A DNA stretch of 64,000 nt, taken from positions 64,001 to 128,000 of the forward strand of contig JAHLWR010000003.1 in NCBI GenBank assembly GCA_019057815.1, written 5' to 3'. The stretch is from Candidatus Heimdallarchaeota archaeon. Its GTDB lineage: Archaea > Asgardarchaeota > Heimdallarchaeia > Heimdallarchaeales > Heimdallarchaeaceae. The position numbers were made by a program, and so were the translations under genes. A model generated the notes under the pieces. The model saw only the letters and a list, made by a program, of their open reading frames with translations. It had not been told where the DNA came from and did not search any database. This document shows, piece by piece, positions 47,833 through 58,594 of this stretch (position 1 is the first letter of the stretch; every line of letters starts with the position of its first letter).

Positions 47833-49092
47833 ATGACGATACGAAAAGAAATTCAAGAATTTCTATTAGAAGAGACGGTAAAGAGATTTCTAGTGTACGT
47901 TAAGATTCACACAACATCTTCAGAAGAATCAACTACTTATCCCAGTACATCTTGTCAACTGGATTTAGGTAGTAAATTAAAGGAGGAATTGCTTGAGTTA
48001 GGTCTAGATAATGTTGTGCATGATGAGTTTGGTTATGTCTATGCTGATTTATCTGCAAGCGAAAATCGTGAAAATGTTCAACCAATAGCGTTTATTGCTC
48101 ATCTTGATACTTCTCCTGCTGCAGAAGGGAAAGATGTTAAACCAATAATTCATGAAAACTATCAAGGGCAAGAAATCAAGTATCCTGAAGATCCTACTCT
48201 GTCTTTAAGTGTAAAAGATTCACCTGAGCTTGAATCATTTATTGGGATGGACATCATTACTTCTTCAGGTGATACTCTTTTAGGAGCTGATGATAAAGCT
48301 GGAATAGCCGAGATTATGGCAGCTCTAAGAGCATGGAAGAAATTTCCTGAACTTAAGCATGGTAAGATAATTGTCTGTTTTACTCCTGATGAAGAAGTTG
48401 GTAAAGGTACAGCAAAAATCAATTTAGATCGATTACCTAAATTCTGTTACACTCTTGATGGTGGAGAAATGGGAGAATTAGAAACTGAATGTTTTGATGC
48501 ATGGAAAGCAGAATTCGAATTTAAAGGCTTGAGTGTTCATCCAGGATATGCAAAAAACAAGATGATAAACGCTATTGATACCGCTTCAAGATTCTTTTCA
48601 GAAGTTCCAGAATATGAAACGCCAGAACACACTGAAAAAAGGGAGGGTTTTTATCATCTGTATAATCTTTCAGGTAGTGCAGAAGTAGCGAAAGCTGCAA
48701 TGATTTTGAGAGATTTTGAAGAAAAAGAAAATAAGAGACGAATGGTATTTCTAGAGTCTCTGAAAGAGACCTATGAAAAGCGATATATTGGGTTAAAAAT
48801 AGATTTAAAATTATCTCACAGTTATGAAAATATGTCTGTGTATTTGGAACCATTTCCTGATGTTATAAAACATGCAGAAAAGGCTATAGAAGAAGTTGGT
48901 CTAGAAGTAAAACGAATAGGGATACGAGGAGGAACTGATGGTGCAAGATTGTCAGCTAAAGGGATACCAACACCTAACATCTTTGCCGGTGGAATGCTGT
49001 TCCATTCACGAAAAGAATATATACCTGCCAAAGCTTTGCAAAAAGCTGCTGAAGTCGTGTTAATAATCGCAAAAAATTGGATAAGTAACTGA
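47833..49092 (+). CDS. pepT: Peptidase T (M20B)
   Basis: AHLDT, LLGADDKAG, FTPDEE.G.G, HPG.AK, IRGGTDG, FHS..E. Confidence 0.95.
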   Translation: MTIRKEIQEFLLEETVKRFLVYVKIHTTSSEESTTYPSTSCQLDLGSKLKEELLELGLDNVVHDEFGYVYADLSASENRENVQPIAFIAHLDTSPAAEGKDVKPIIHENYQGQEIKYPEDPTLSLSVKDSPELESFIGMDIITSSGDTLLGADDKAGIAEIMAALRAWKKFPELKHGKIIVCFTPDEEVGKGTAKINLDRLPKFCYTLDGGEMGELETECFDAWKAEFEFKGLSVHPGYAKNKMINAIDTASRFFSEVPEYETPEHTEKREGFYHLYNLSGSAEVAKAAMILRDFEEKENKRRMVFLESLKETYEKRYIGLKIDLKLSHSYENMSVYLEPFPDVIKHAEKAIEEVGLEVKRIGIRGGTDGARLSAKGIPTPNIFAGGMLFHSRKEYIPAKALQKAAEVVLIIAKNWISN

Positions 49093-49125
49093 AATGTAGT
49101 GCAGAAAGTTAGAAAATACTTTTAT

Positions 49126-49794
49126 CTATTTATTTTTCCTTGTTCTCTCTTTTTCGAATAAAACAGAATACATCTTTTTACATGCAATACAACAGTTGCT
49201 TACTATTTCTTTCATTTTGTTTGCCATTATATATAAAGAGAACTCGTCTTTCAATGTTTGGGTTTCTTGCATCATGTATCTGAGCATCACACGATACAAT
49301 TTTTGCGAACTAATATCAAGTTCAGTTAATTGGATTTTGTCAAGATGTTTTAAACTTGTAAACTGTGGTTGGATGATTCTGTTGAATAATGCTATTGAAT
49401 CAGCTACTGTTTGATTAAGAGCATATAACACATCCATAAATGGTAGTTGCATTTCTATGTGTTTGTGAGATAATAGTGTGTTAAGATCAACCATTAAATT
49501 GGCAACAATTTTGAGATGATTAAAAACATAGTCATAAGATGGAACTAGGCTTGTGTATTCCTTTTCAGTCGGAATAATTACTATTGTTGAAATATCATCC
49601 AGAAAATTAATCACATTGATATACAACTGTTCGATCAGAATCCCTCTCTCTTCTATTCCTGGATGAAAGAGAAGAGAGTTTGTCAGCAATTCAGACATTC
49701 GTTCCAAAGTACTACCCACTAGCGTAGAACAATTTTGAAGTATTATAATTATTTCTTCACTTGTACTCTTTTTAGGTGACATTATAGAACCCAA
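49126..49794 (-). CDS. Hypothetical helical protein (possibly PhoU/DUF47-like)
   Basis: 222-aa ORF, amphipathic helices; family not firmly recognised. Confidence 0.45.
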   Translation of the reverse strand: MGSIMSPKKSTSEEIIIILQNCSTLVGSTLERMSELLTNSLLFHPGIEERGILIEQLYINVINFLDDISTIVIIPTEKEYTSLVPSYDYVFNHLKIVANLMVDLNTLLSHKHIEMQLPFMDVLYALNQTVADSIALFNRIIQPQFTSLKHLDKIQLTELDISSQKLYRVMLRYMMQETQTLKDEFSLYIMANKMKEIVSNCCIACKKMYSVLFEKERTRKNK

Positions 49795-49867
49795 ATAATA
49801 ATATCTTCTATAAGTATAAAGATTTTTGTGTGATTTATTTCCACTGAATAATCCCCTTTACAGCTGT

Positions 49868-50401
49868 TTATATGGGTATAATTTGGACAAATTCAAGAGT
49901 CTGAGCAAAGAGTCTGAAGTCTTCAGTATCGAAGATGTTCTTATGCTTCTTTCTATTGTAGCCAAATACGAATTTTGCTCCATTATAATTCTCGCAAAAA
50001 AATTGTAGGTGTTTGATCTTTTCTTCAGGTTCATCAACAAAAATAGCTTCTGCTCTAAATCTCTTAAAACCCTTGTAAACAAAAACAATTTTTTCTTTTT
50101 GAGCTCGGATATTTCTAACCCAATCAGCATTTTTACCTCGAGCTGAATAAAGGGTAATAGTATTTGTGTAAAAAGAGTTATGGAGAGTTGGAGTTCTTCT
50201 TTTCTTTCCCGTTCTTCTTCCGATTGTTTCAATAACTAGCATACTTTTACCTATGCCAAATATTGGTAAAACATAAAACCGATACAGAAATATTATAACT
50301 CTGTTCATTCTTTTTGTCTGTTTTCTAAAAGAGCTATTGCTAGCTCTATGTTTAGAGACAATAGAGACAATAGAATTAGAAGAAGGGAATTCATTAGACA
50401 T
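49868..50401 (-). CDS. Deazaflavin (F420)-dependent nitroreductase family protein
   Basis: T.GRRTGK.R.TP, S..G..ADW.RN; start placed at ATG 50401. Confidence 0.85.
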   Translation of the reverse strand: MSNEFPSSNSIVSIVSKHRASNSSFRKQTKRMNRVIIFLYRFYVLPIFGIGKSMLVIETIGRRTGKKRRTPTLHNSFYTNTITLYSARGKNADWVRNIRAQKEKIVFVYKGFKRFRAEAIFVDEPEEKIKHLQFFCENYNGAKFVFGYNRKKHKNIFDTEDFRLFAQTLEFVQIIPI

Positions 50402-50500
50402 AATGTTACTTTTGTTTATCAATATATAAAATTTTGCAGAACTGAGCCTTAAAATCAAATAATTACACAAAAAATGAAAATAAATAGGAAAACTAGTTTT

Positions 50501-51019
50501 TTAGTTCTCTTCTGTGAAAAGTTTTCCTACTCTATCAGCCCATTTTTCGATTTTTTCCCAGTCACGATTATCTTTTTGGAATGTGGGTATCCTCTGTAAG
50601 ATACGAAGAGTCCAGATTTTTGGTATTTGTGTTAAAGGTATTCTACCACCAAAAGCTTCAGCGGCTATTGGATTTACATTAGAGTGTTTAGCAATTACAT
50701 TTTCAAGAAAATTCTTCTTTGCGTAATCATATGTTTCTGTTTCTCCTGCGTAACTAGAAGAAATATAAACAGCTACTTTCTTACCAGTAAAATCGTTTTC
50801 GAGATATTTTTCAGTATTTTCAGTCCATTTACCATATTTGATACCACTGCCGATAATTACATATTTGTAATCTGATAAATCGGGACAAGATCTGTAGTCT
50901 TTAAGATCCCATATATCGGATACAAGTTTGTGTTTTTTCTTCAATACAGCTGCTATTGCTGCTGCAGTATCACCTGTAGCTCCATATCTTGTTCCAAATG
51001 CTATTAGTACGTCACTCAA
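50501..51019 (-). CDS. Flavodoxin-domain protein (HemG/Flavodoxin_5-like)
   Basis: TRYGAT, IIGS.I..G.W, FGG, D.RDW..I..WA. Confidence 0.88.
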   Translation of the reverse strand: MSDVLIAFGTRYGATGDTAAAIAAVLKKKHKLVSDIWDLKDYRSCPDLSDYKYVIIGSGIKYGKWTENTEKYLENDFTGKKVAVYISSSYAGETETYDYAKKNFLENVIAKHSNVNPIAAEAFGGRIPLTQIPKIWTLRILQRIPTFQKDNRDWEKIEKWADRVGKLFTEEN

Positions 51020-51136
51020 TTATTTCACCTTAATTGGGTATTCATCCATTTTCTACTTCAACTAACGTGTTAGAGTTTATTAAATTTCTCAATAAACAAA
51101 TTTTTAAATTATTTTTATAAAGAGATTTAGAACATC

Positions 51137-51664
51137 ATGCCATATCCAGTAAGACTTGTAGATTACAAATCTGAATGGTCTGCTCATTTTAAGAAAGAAA
51201 AGGATTTAATTATGGATATAGTCTGTGTCAAAAACATTGTAGTTGAGCATATAGGCAGTACATCTATTCCAGGAATAAAAGCTAAATCGACGATAGATAT
51301 CTTAGTAGGTGTTCAAACGTTAGAGGAAGCAATGAAAATCATTCCAGATCTTGAAAAGATAGGATATGAGTACTTTCCTGAGTATGAAGAGCGGATTCCA
51401 GAGAGAAGATATTTGAGTAAAGGCGAAAAAGGGAAAAGATCTCATCATCTTCACATGTTTGATATCAAGAGCGATTTATGGAAAGAACATCTTCTTTTCA
51501 GAGAATATTTAAGAAAAAATAAAGAGAAAGCAAAGGAATATGAGAAATTAAAAGTGAATTTCGCAAAAAAGTATCACTCAAATAAGGAAGAGTATACAAG
51601 AGCTAAGGGTCCTTTTATCGAAAAAATGATTAGAGAAGCAAAATCCCAGATTCCTTCACTTTGA
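51137..51664 (+). CDS. GrpB family (nucleotidyltransferase-fold) protein
   Basis: EHIGSTSIPG..AK..IDI, HHLH, L.FR.YLR, Y..LK, YT.AK..FI. Confidence 0.92.
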   Translation: MPYPVRLVDYKSEWSAHFKKEKDLIMDIVCVKNIVVEHIGSTSIPGIKAKSTIDILVGVQTLEEAMKIIPDLEKIGYEYFPEYEERIPERRYLSKGEKGKRSHHLHMFDIKSDLWKEHLLFREYLRKNKEKAKEYEKLKVNFAKKYHSNKEEYTRAKGPFIEKMIREAKSQIPSL

Positions 51665-51710
51665 TCAAGATTTTCTCTACCACTAACTACTTTTTTAACT
51701 ACAAGGATTT
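51514..51710 (+). repeat. About 200-bp direct repeat, copy 1 (grpB 3' end plus downstream DNA)
   Basis: Matches 52955-53151 with scattered substitutions; offset 1441 bp. Confidence 0.95.
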
Positions 51711-52206
51711 AAGATACGAATTCATGATTAATTGTACATTATATGTATTTGCTGGAACAGATATGCTAGGTATTGAAACAAGTCTTCGTTTAAAATGCTC
51801 TCATTCAAGTCGTTTTCAACCCCATTACCAACTTTATTTCTTACTTGGTATAAATCGACACAAACTGCAATATTAATGTTTTCGAATAATCTTCTTCTAG
51901 ACGCACTCTGATTATATATTACACATTTCTTAAATCTTAAATGAAATCTCATCTAATTCAGACTTGTAGACGTTTTAACATAGTCTAGATATTTATTGTG
52001 TTTAAAACAGAGAGAGCGTGTTAATAATCGAATATAACCAAAAATAAAGCATTTTCCAAATTCTATTCACCAGAGTGAACATTTTGTTGATATATATCTT
52101 ACAACTATAAATTCTATAGAAATAGTTAAAATATGCATATTTTTTAACTAAGTTTAAAAGATACTTATCCTTTTTATTATTAGATTAAATATCTAGGAGA
52201 ATAAAA

Positions 52207-52614
52207 ATGATTGAACGAGTTCATGAACATATTCTTGATGAATTAAAAACTAATACTAGAACAGACACAATTTTCATCATTACTGCTATCATTCTAAATA
52301 TTGTTGCAGCAAGCATTAACGCTACAATTGCAGAAGGTTCAGATCTTTCAGATACACTAATCTTTGTTATATTTATTGTGTTAGTTCTCGTGATTAATAC
52401 TGCTGTATTCTTTGGTTTAAATAGAGGAAAACAGACTCGACAGAAGTTGTTAGATGGTTTGATAAGATTATATAAAGATCAAGAAGTCAGTGGATATTAT
52501 GATTCATCGATTCTAAGTTCATATAACTTTAGATATATTCTCTTCACGATAGTTGTTTTAACTACTGGAATCGCAGCTTTAGCAATCTCCATAATTCTAA
52601 AAGTTTTGGCATAG
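52207..52614 (+). CDS. Hypothetical 3-TM membrane protein
   Basis: AGGAGA RBS, clean ORF, three hydrophobic segments. Confidence 0.75.
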   Translation: MIERVHEHILDELKTNTRTDTIFIITAIILNIVAASINATIAEGSDLSDTLIFVIFIVLVLVINTAVFFGLNRGKQTRQKLLDGLIRLYKDQEVSGYYDSSILSSYNFRYILFTIVVLTTGIAALAISIILKVLA

Positions 52615-52634
52615 TCAAAATTCATCAGAATTCA

Positions 52635-52938
52635 GTACAAGTTCTAGGGAATGATATTATAATTGCATCAGACGAGAGCCATGGTAGCGTTAGATTTTAA
52701 CACTATGAAACCTCTTATCACTGTAAGTATTCTTGATTCAATCAACCTAATGTCCAAAAGTATCATATCTTTCACAGAAAATCTTCTGAAAGGTTTGAAA
52801 CCAAATATTGAGAATATCAAGAAGCATATGGAAAGAAATTTGATATCTGTAACTAAACTTGCACAAATAATCGGTTATGATAAAGCTGAAGAATTTGCCA
52901 TTAAAGCCCATGAAACTAACAAAACAATCAAGGAATAG
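52635..52938 (+). pseudogene. fumC: Class II fumarase/aspartase C-terminal remnant
   Basis: VQVLGND...G(frameshift)LDFNTMKP...IGYDKA...A.KAH...TI.E resembles the FumC C-terminal region; truncated at both ends. Confidence 0.8.
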
Positions 52939-52954
52939 TTTCAGAATCAGATTT

Positions 52955-53151
52955 AAAAAATAAAGAGAAAGCAAAGGAATATGAGAAGTTAAAAGTGAAT
53001 TTAGCAAGAAAGTATCACTCAAATAAGGAAGAGTATACAAGAGCTAAGGGTCCTTTTATTGAAAAAATGATTAGAGAAGCAAAATCTCAGATTCCTTCAC
53101 TTTGATCAAGATATTCTTTACCACTAACTACTTTTTTAACTATAAGGTTTT
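52955..53151 (+). repeat. About 200-bp direct repeat, copy 2 (orphan grpB 3' end)
   Basis: See copy 1; encodes the last ~49 codons and stop of grpB. Confidence 0.95.
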
Positions 53152-53251
53152 GGGACATGCTTACAAACGATATTTTCTTTTTTTCTTTTCTTTTTAATGA
53201 AATAAACAAATATATTAATGAGAATAAATAACATATTGAAGTGAATGCTAA

Positions 53252-55942
53252 TTGCTAAAGGAAACTAATAAAAGGTCAACCATAATATTGTTACTACTGC
53301 CACTTTTATTGATATCAATCTGCTTTTTCACTGTATATTCGAGTGATATTTCAACTTACTACCAAAATTATGATGAAATTATAACAAATTCTTTCCCTGA
53401 TTATTTAACGTTTAATGAAAATGCTTCCTTTATTCACACACCAAAATTTCAAAGAGATACAGTTATTCAAGAGTTCACTTTGGAGGATTATACTCATCTA
53501 GGTTTTTTCTCATGTGAAACAGCGTTAGGTGACAAAAATTTTCCACTGATGACAATTATATGGGCACCTAGTTCGTTTTATGAAGAGTACCTTAGTTTAT
53601 CTTTGTTTGAAGGAGAAATATTTATAGGAAGTTCACTAAGAAACGAATATTTTAATTATACAACAACGCTCTTTACTTCATTTAAACCTGCAGAAAGCTT
53701 GATTATTAATAGTTCTTTTACTCTAAAAAATTTCATACAAATAGAAGATATCTTTATTGGGAAAATGCTTTCAAGCCTACAGAGAGACAAATTAGGAACA
53801 AATAGTAACTACATTTGTATGACAGATGATACTTTTAACACTATTTTTAGTGAACATATAAACAATTTCGGTTTTTATAATATTTTTATGTTTAAATTCG
53901 ATAGAGAAACAATTTATTCTCTTCCAATTGATCAAATCAAGAAATTTCTTGACACTAATGAGAGAAATATCAATTCTTACTTTGAATACCAAGCAGATAA
54001 TGATTTGATTTTTATTCAGTTTTCCTTAAAAGGGGAATTAGAAAGGTTTGATGAGCGATACAGTGGAGTAAAAATATTCCAAATGTTAATTATTTATTTA
54101 GTTGTTACCTTTTTAGCTACAATCTCATTGGCATTTACGGTAGAATCATATATCACTAACCAAAGAACTACAATTAATTTATTCAGATTGAGAGGAGGAA
54201 AAAGGTATGATATTTTTAAGAAGTATTTTAATATAGAATTAAAATTAATAATTCTAACAAGTCTTATAGTATATATCTTCTCGATAGGGTATATTGCTAT
54301 TGTGGCTCCAGCTTTCTTACATTTTAATACAAACTTCTTTAAGCTTGCAGGATCAGTACTTTCATTTGTTATCCTCTGTGGAAGCATTCAAATATCTATG
54401 CTAGTAAGATACATTTCACAAATAAGGACTGTAGAATACAGTTCTACTGTCCTAATGCAAAAAATGAAGAATATCATAAAAGATTTATTATTTTCGCTCA
54501 TTCCAACATTGTTTTGCGTTCTTTTATACTTCATCCTATTTGCGATGCTATTGGGTAATGAAGTTTTTGTGAATTACTGGATATTAGGACTCTTTTACGT
54601 TGCAGTGTTGATGTTAAGTTTTATTATTACAAGAAACAGGATTTTAAGAGTGGGTACGCTAATATTTTCAGCGTTTTCCAAGTTATATAATCTCTTTTCT
54701 TACACAAAAGAATTTTCACAAAAAGTATTATTAAAGAGATTAAAAATGTCTAAATTATTAATAGTATACATTATAATTCTGTCTCTATTTTTCTCAATGT
54801 TTGATTCCTTTAATTCCTACGAAACTAGAAATGAAGTCTATAATGAAGTTGGTGACTTGACCATTGTGTACCCAAAATCAAGCAGTTATCAGGTGCAACA
54901 AACCCTAGCTCAATATATTGATTTATCAATCGAATTTTCTCATTTTCGAATTCATAAACAATACATAGATGCTGAAAATTCATTAAGAAATATAAATATT
55001 GATAGTTACATTTTAAATCATAGTAAGATTAATGATTTGTTTGAATGTGAGAAGTTCAAGAAATCTTATGCTGGTCTAGAAGATCTTGAAATTATTAAAT
55101 CAAAGTTCCATAATAGTAATGCAACTATAGTTTCTGAAACTTTATCTTCTGAATTGCAAAAGGAGATAGGAAATACTCTTATTCTTAAAATAGCAACACA
55201 TAGTACTTACAGAGCAGAGATAATAGATATTGTCGAGATTCTACCTGTTTTTTCATGGATAAGTATGAACTATTTTTTCCCAAGTGCAGTTTCAAACTAC
55301 ATATTATTAAATAATGAATTTACAGAAAACATTTCTGAATTAGAAATTAGTGAGACTTGGACAATCCTTTTTACAAATAATTCATGTGACCGTAATCAAC
55401 TAATAGAGATAATAAACAACTTAAACAATGATCTACACTTGGGTATCTCAATCATAGATTTTGGGGAGACAAATCTAATAGATGAAAATTATGCGGGAAT
55501 TATGATAAATTCAACACAAATAGTAATTATAATAGTAATTCTGAGTGTTGCACTTAGTTTTTTCACATTAGAATATTGTAGACAAATGTTTAGTGAACAA
55601 CTTAATGGTTTTAGAGTATTTTTTGCTAGAGGAGTTCCAATAAGAAAAGGTTTATTCCTCGCTTTAGTGCCATTACTCTTGTTTATTTATTATATCACCG
55701 TAATAGGAAATATTTTCGGTTGGTTGTTAACTTTTATAATCTCAAGCGAAATGCAACCGTTTGATTATTTAAAAGTACGATTATCGATTTTTCCTTATTC
55801 ATTATTGTTCCTTGTCGCACAATTATCTTTATTATCAATTATAACTTGCATAACAGGATATCTTAGTTATAAGAAACTTAAATCAAGATTACCAGAAATC
55901 ATTTCAACAGATAACCTAACGATTAAATTAGAGGAGAGTTAA
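53252..55942 (+). CDS. Large FtsX/MacB-like ABC permease
   Basis: Two repeats of TM, large loop, TM bundle; R.RG motifs; in an operon with an ABC ATPase. Confidence 0.75.
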   Translation: MLKETNKRSTIILLLLPLLLISICFFTVYSSDISTYYQNYDEIITNSFPDYLTFNENASFIHTPKFQRDTVIQEFTLEDYTHLGFFSCETALGDKNFPLMTIIWAPSSFYEEYLSLSLFEGEIFIGSSLRNEYFNYTTTLFTSFKPAESLIINSSFTLKNFIQIEDIFIGKMLSSLQRDKLGTNSNYICMTDDTFNTIFSEHINNFGFYNIFMFKFDRETIYSLPIDQIKKFLDTNERNINSYFEYQADNDLIFIQFSLKGELERFDERYSGVKIFQMLIIYLVVTFLATISLAFTVESYITNQRTTINLFRLRGGKRYDIFKKYFNIELKLIILTSLIVYIFSIGYIAIVAPAFLHFNTNFFKLAGSVLSFVILCGSIQISMLVRYISQIRTVEYSSTVLMQKMKNIIKDLLFSLIPTLFCVLLYFILFAMLLGNEVFVNYWILGLFYVAVLMLSFIITRNRILRVGTLIFSAFSKLYNLFSYTKEFSQKVLLKRLKMSKLLIVYIIILSLFFSMFDSFNSYETRNEVYNEVGDLTIVYPKSSSYQVQQTLAQYIDLSIEFSHFRIHKQYIDAENSLRNINIDSYILNHSKINDLFECEKFKKSYAGLEDLEIIKSKFHNSNATIVSETLSSELQKEIGNTLILKIATHSTYRAEIIDIVEILPVFSWISMNYFFPSAVSNYILLNNEFTENISELEISETWTILFTNNSCDRNQLIEIINNLNNDLHLGISIIDFGETNLIDENYAGIMINSTQIVIIIVILSVALSFFTLEYCRQMFSEQLNGFRVFFARGVPIRKGLFLALVPLLLFIYYITVIGNIFGWLLTFIISSEMQPFDYLKVRLSIFPYSLLFLVAQLSLLSIITCITGYLSYKKLKSRLPEIISTDNLTIKLEES

Positions 55943-58594
55943 GTGAAAATAACTTATTTACTTTCAAAAGGTCAGAGAAAATTACTTGTAATAGAGTTTA
56001 TAATTATTTTCTCTTTATTTATTGGTACTTCTTTCCTTTTTTGCACATATTTATCAGAATATCATAAAGAATATTCAAATCTTGTAACAGCAAATAACGA
56101 CCCAGATTATGAAGTACAAGCAGATCAAAGGTTTTCGTCATATTTGTTATCTCATAGTTCTTTCGTTGGTCAATTTGGAGGTTATAAATACCAATCAATA
56201 GTTAATATCCCCAAGAGTTTAGTAAATGTCCAAGTTAAAAACAATAGTTTCGATAAATATAATCTTATATTAATTAATTCGGAGATTAATGAAGCTGTGA
56301 ATGCTGATTTACATGACAATGAAATCATGATACTTTTACGTAATTCTGATGAAATACAAGTTTCAGATATTTCTATCAATTGGAATTTTTATGTAGAAAA
56401 CGAGAGTCTATCGGTTATCAACATTGTAAATGAGACATTCTTTAAACCTGCTTTTTCTTCAATGAACAATTTGCTGGTTAACCATGCTTTGCAAAATTTT
56501 AACATAATTATTTATGAAACATTTTTCTTTAAAATTGCCCAAAAAGTAAGTTATAACACTTTGTTGAATATTGCAGCCTTAAATACTACTTCTCTTTTCT
56601 CTTTCTTTCGGTGGAACAAAACAGAGTATCTCAACTCTTTACCAAAACGAGTACAAGAAGCACATGACATATGGACAAATACTATAAGGAATGGTTTTTT
56701 ACAATTTTATGGTTTCTTTGATGCAGTCAGCGGACCTTACGCTCAGATCGATTTTAACGATATTTTCGCAGATAAAGTATCGAAACTTACTCAAAAAATG
56801 AATGCTGTTTTTATAAGCACATCTATTATAGCATTGATTATTTCTTCAATTTTCCTTTTTACAACATATAATTTTCTCAAACAAAGTCAAACAGATTTAA
56901 GGCGTGTTTTAAAGAGTTTCAGCGAGAAAGGTGCTAGTTATTCAACTCTAAGTAGGAGGATAATTTTCCTGCACATTCTTGTTTCGCTGTTCTGTTTGAT
57001 TTTTTCTCTCTGTGTATCCTTTTCATTCTTATTTATCAATAAAATTAATAGATGGTCTTACTCAAACTTACTTATAATAATAGTTCATTTAATAGTTATA
57101 TTTCTCATAAGCTTCTTTCAATTTAGACTAAACTCAGCTGTTCAATTGAAGGAAACCTTGAGAGAGAAGAGGAAAAGAACATCATATTCAAAATCGGAAA
57201 TAATAAGCGTTATTATTCAATCTTCAGCAATATTAGTAATCGTTCTGACTATAACTGTCTTTTGGACGATAAACAAGACAACTCTTGGATCCGGAGGACT
57301 GACTACAGGAGCAATTTGGTTAATTTCATTAGGTATTCTTAGTTTTACTACTCTTCTACTTTTCACTCCTAGAATATTACCACTTGCAGTAAAAAGAGTA
57401 GTAAATAAACTTCTATCCCTTTTTACAGATCTATATTCATTTATCACCAGACTTTTTACATCAATTTACAGAAGTAAAAAACAAGCTTGGTTACTCAGCT
57501 TCTACTTACTCTTTTTTACTTCGTTTCTAACATTAAGTTATTCAACACTTCAAAACCATCAAGAACAATTATATTTATCAGCAAAATTGGGAGATGCAAC
57601 AGTAATTATTGATTCAGACGCTGTTTCAGATGTAATCAAGATAGGTGGAAAAGAGAATTGCGTGGTCTCTTATTTAGACACTGTGAGTACGGTAAAAGGT
57701 GTGTTCTATATGTTATATCTTAATAATCCATTGAAATTTTATGAAAATGCTTTTTTTGCAACTGAATGTTTTCAAGAGATGGAAAATTATGAGGTTTTTA
57801 ATCTTTTGAATAGCTCATCTGACTATTTTATAACTTCTAGTCTCATTGCAAACGCATTTTATTATTCCATAGGGGACAATGTTTCAATTCCAAGAACTTC
57901 TCATGATTTTAGCATCAATTATGAAAATAAAATTCTCTTAGACATAGCAAAATATTTACCGTTTTATTTTCCAACAGGTGATATAAATTGGTATGTGATG
58001 AAACAAGATATATTAAAAACAAATGATACCCATTATCAATTCGCATATATTAGTATTAAGAAAGATAACAATAATATTGAAGATTTAATCTTTTTCTTGG
58101 ATGAACAAAAAATATGGTACTCGATAAATGAATATGACGAAAATGTGTTATCAATTGAAAATACAAATGAAAGTTTTGTAGAAGGATTAAAACTTCCAGT
58201 TATTTTCATAAACATAACTATCCCAGCAATTCTAGCATTAATTCTGTTAGATATTCAAAAAACAAGCAAGGAACAATTTTCATATCTCAATCTGAGAGGT
58301 TTAAAAAAATCTGTTTCTGTTTTTGCAATTTCTAACTGGTTTTCAATCCATATGTTACTAACTATTATTTTAACCATGTTAATTTCGATTCTTGGTCTTC
58401 AAATTATTCTGTTTATAAGAAATTCTTCTTATGGTTTACCCGTAACACTGAATATTTCTAGTGTTTTTTTTGTAACACCGCTTATTCTTATAATTGTTAC
58501 ATTAGTAGTACCCTATTCCTCATCTTTACTTCTGAGGATTATGGGACAAAAACAATCTTCCAAATTCATAATCAAAGGTGATAATAATGAGTAA
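55943..58594 (+). CDS. Large FtsX/MacB-like ABC permease
   Basis: Same architecture as the upstream gene; abutting start. Confidence 0.75.
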   Translation: MKITYLLSKGQRKLLVIEFIIIFSLFIGTSFLFCTYLSEYHKEYSNLVTANNDPDYEVQADQRFSSYLLSHSSFVGQFGGYKYQSIVNIPKSLVNVQVKNNSFDKYNLILINSEINEAVNADLHDNEIMILLRNSDEIQVSDISINWNFYVENESLSVINIVNETFFKPAFSSMNNLLVNHALQNFNIIIYETFFFKIAQKVSYNTLLNIAALNTTSLFSFFRWNKTEYLNSLPKRVQEAHDIWTNTIRNGFLQFYGFFDAVSGPYAQIDFNDIFADKVSKLTQKMNAVFISTSIIALIISSIFLFTTYNFLKQSQTDLRRVLKSFSEKGASYSTLSRRIIFLHILVSLFCLIFSLCVSFSFLFINKINRWSYSNLLIIIVHLIVIFLISFFQFRLNSAVQLKETLREKRKRTSYSKSEIISVIIQSSAILVIVLTITVFWTINKTTLGSGGLTTGAIWLISLGILSFTTLLLFTPRILPLAVKRVVNKLLSLFTDLYSFITRLFTSIYRSKKQAWLLSFYLLFFTSFLTLSYSTLQNHQEQLYLSAKLGDATVIIDSDAVSDVIKIGGKENCVVSYLDTVSTVKGVFYMLYLNNPLKFYENAFFATECFQEMENYEVFNLLNSSSDYFITSSLIANAFYYSIGDNVSIPRTSHDFSINYENKILLDIAKYLPFYFPTGDINWYVMKQDILKTNDTHYQFAYISIKKDNNNIEDLIFFLDEQKIWYSINEYDENVLSIENTNESFVEGLKLPVIFINITIPAILALILLDIQKTSKEQFSYLNLRGLKKSVSVFAISNWFSIHMLLTIILTMLISILGLQIILFIRNSSYGLPVTLNISSVFFVTPLILIIVTLVVPYSSSLLLRIMGQKQSSKFIIKGDNNE

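Noticed and set aside
51661-51952. Two short overlapping ORFs (71 and 74 aa)
   Set aside because: No recognisable motifs or RBS; possibly relic DNA, but not supportable as genes.
26830-53151. IS elements explaining the 1441-bp units
   Set aside because: The size is IS-like, but no transposase or terminal inverted repeats were seen, and the two 1441-bp intervals share no visible similarity.
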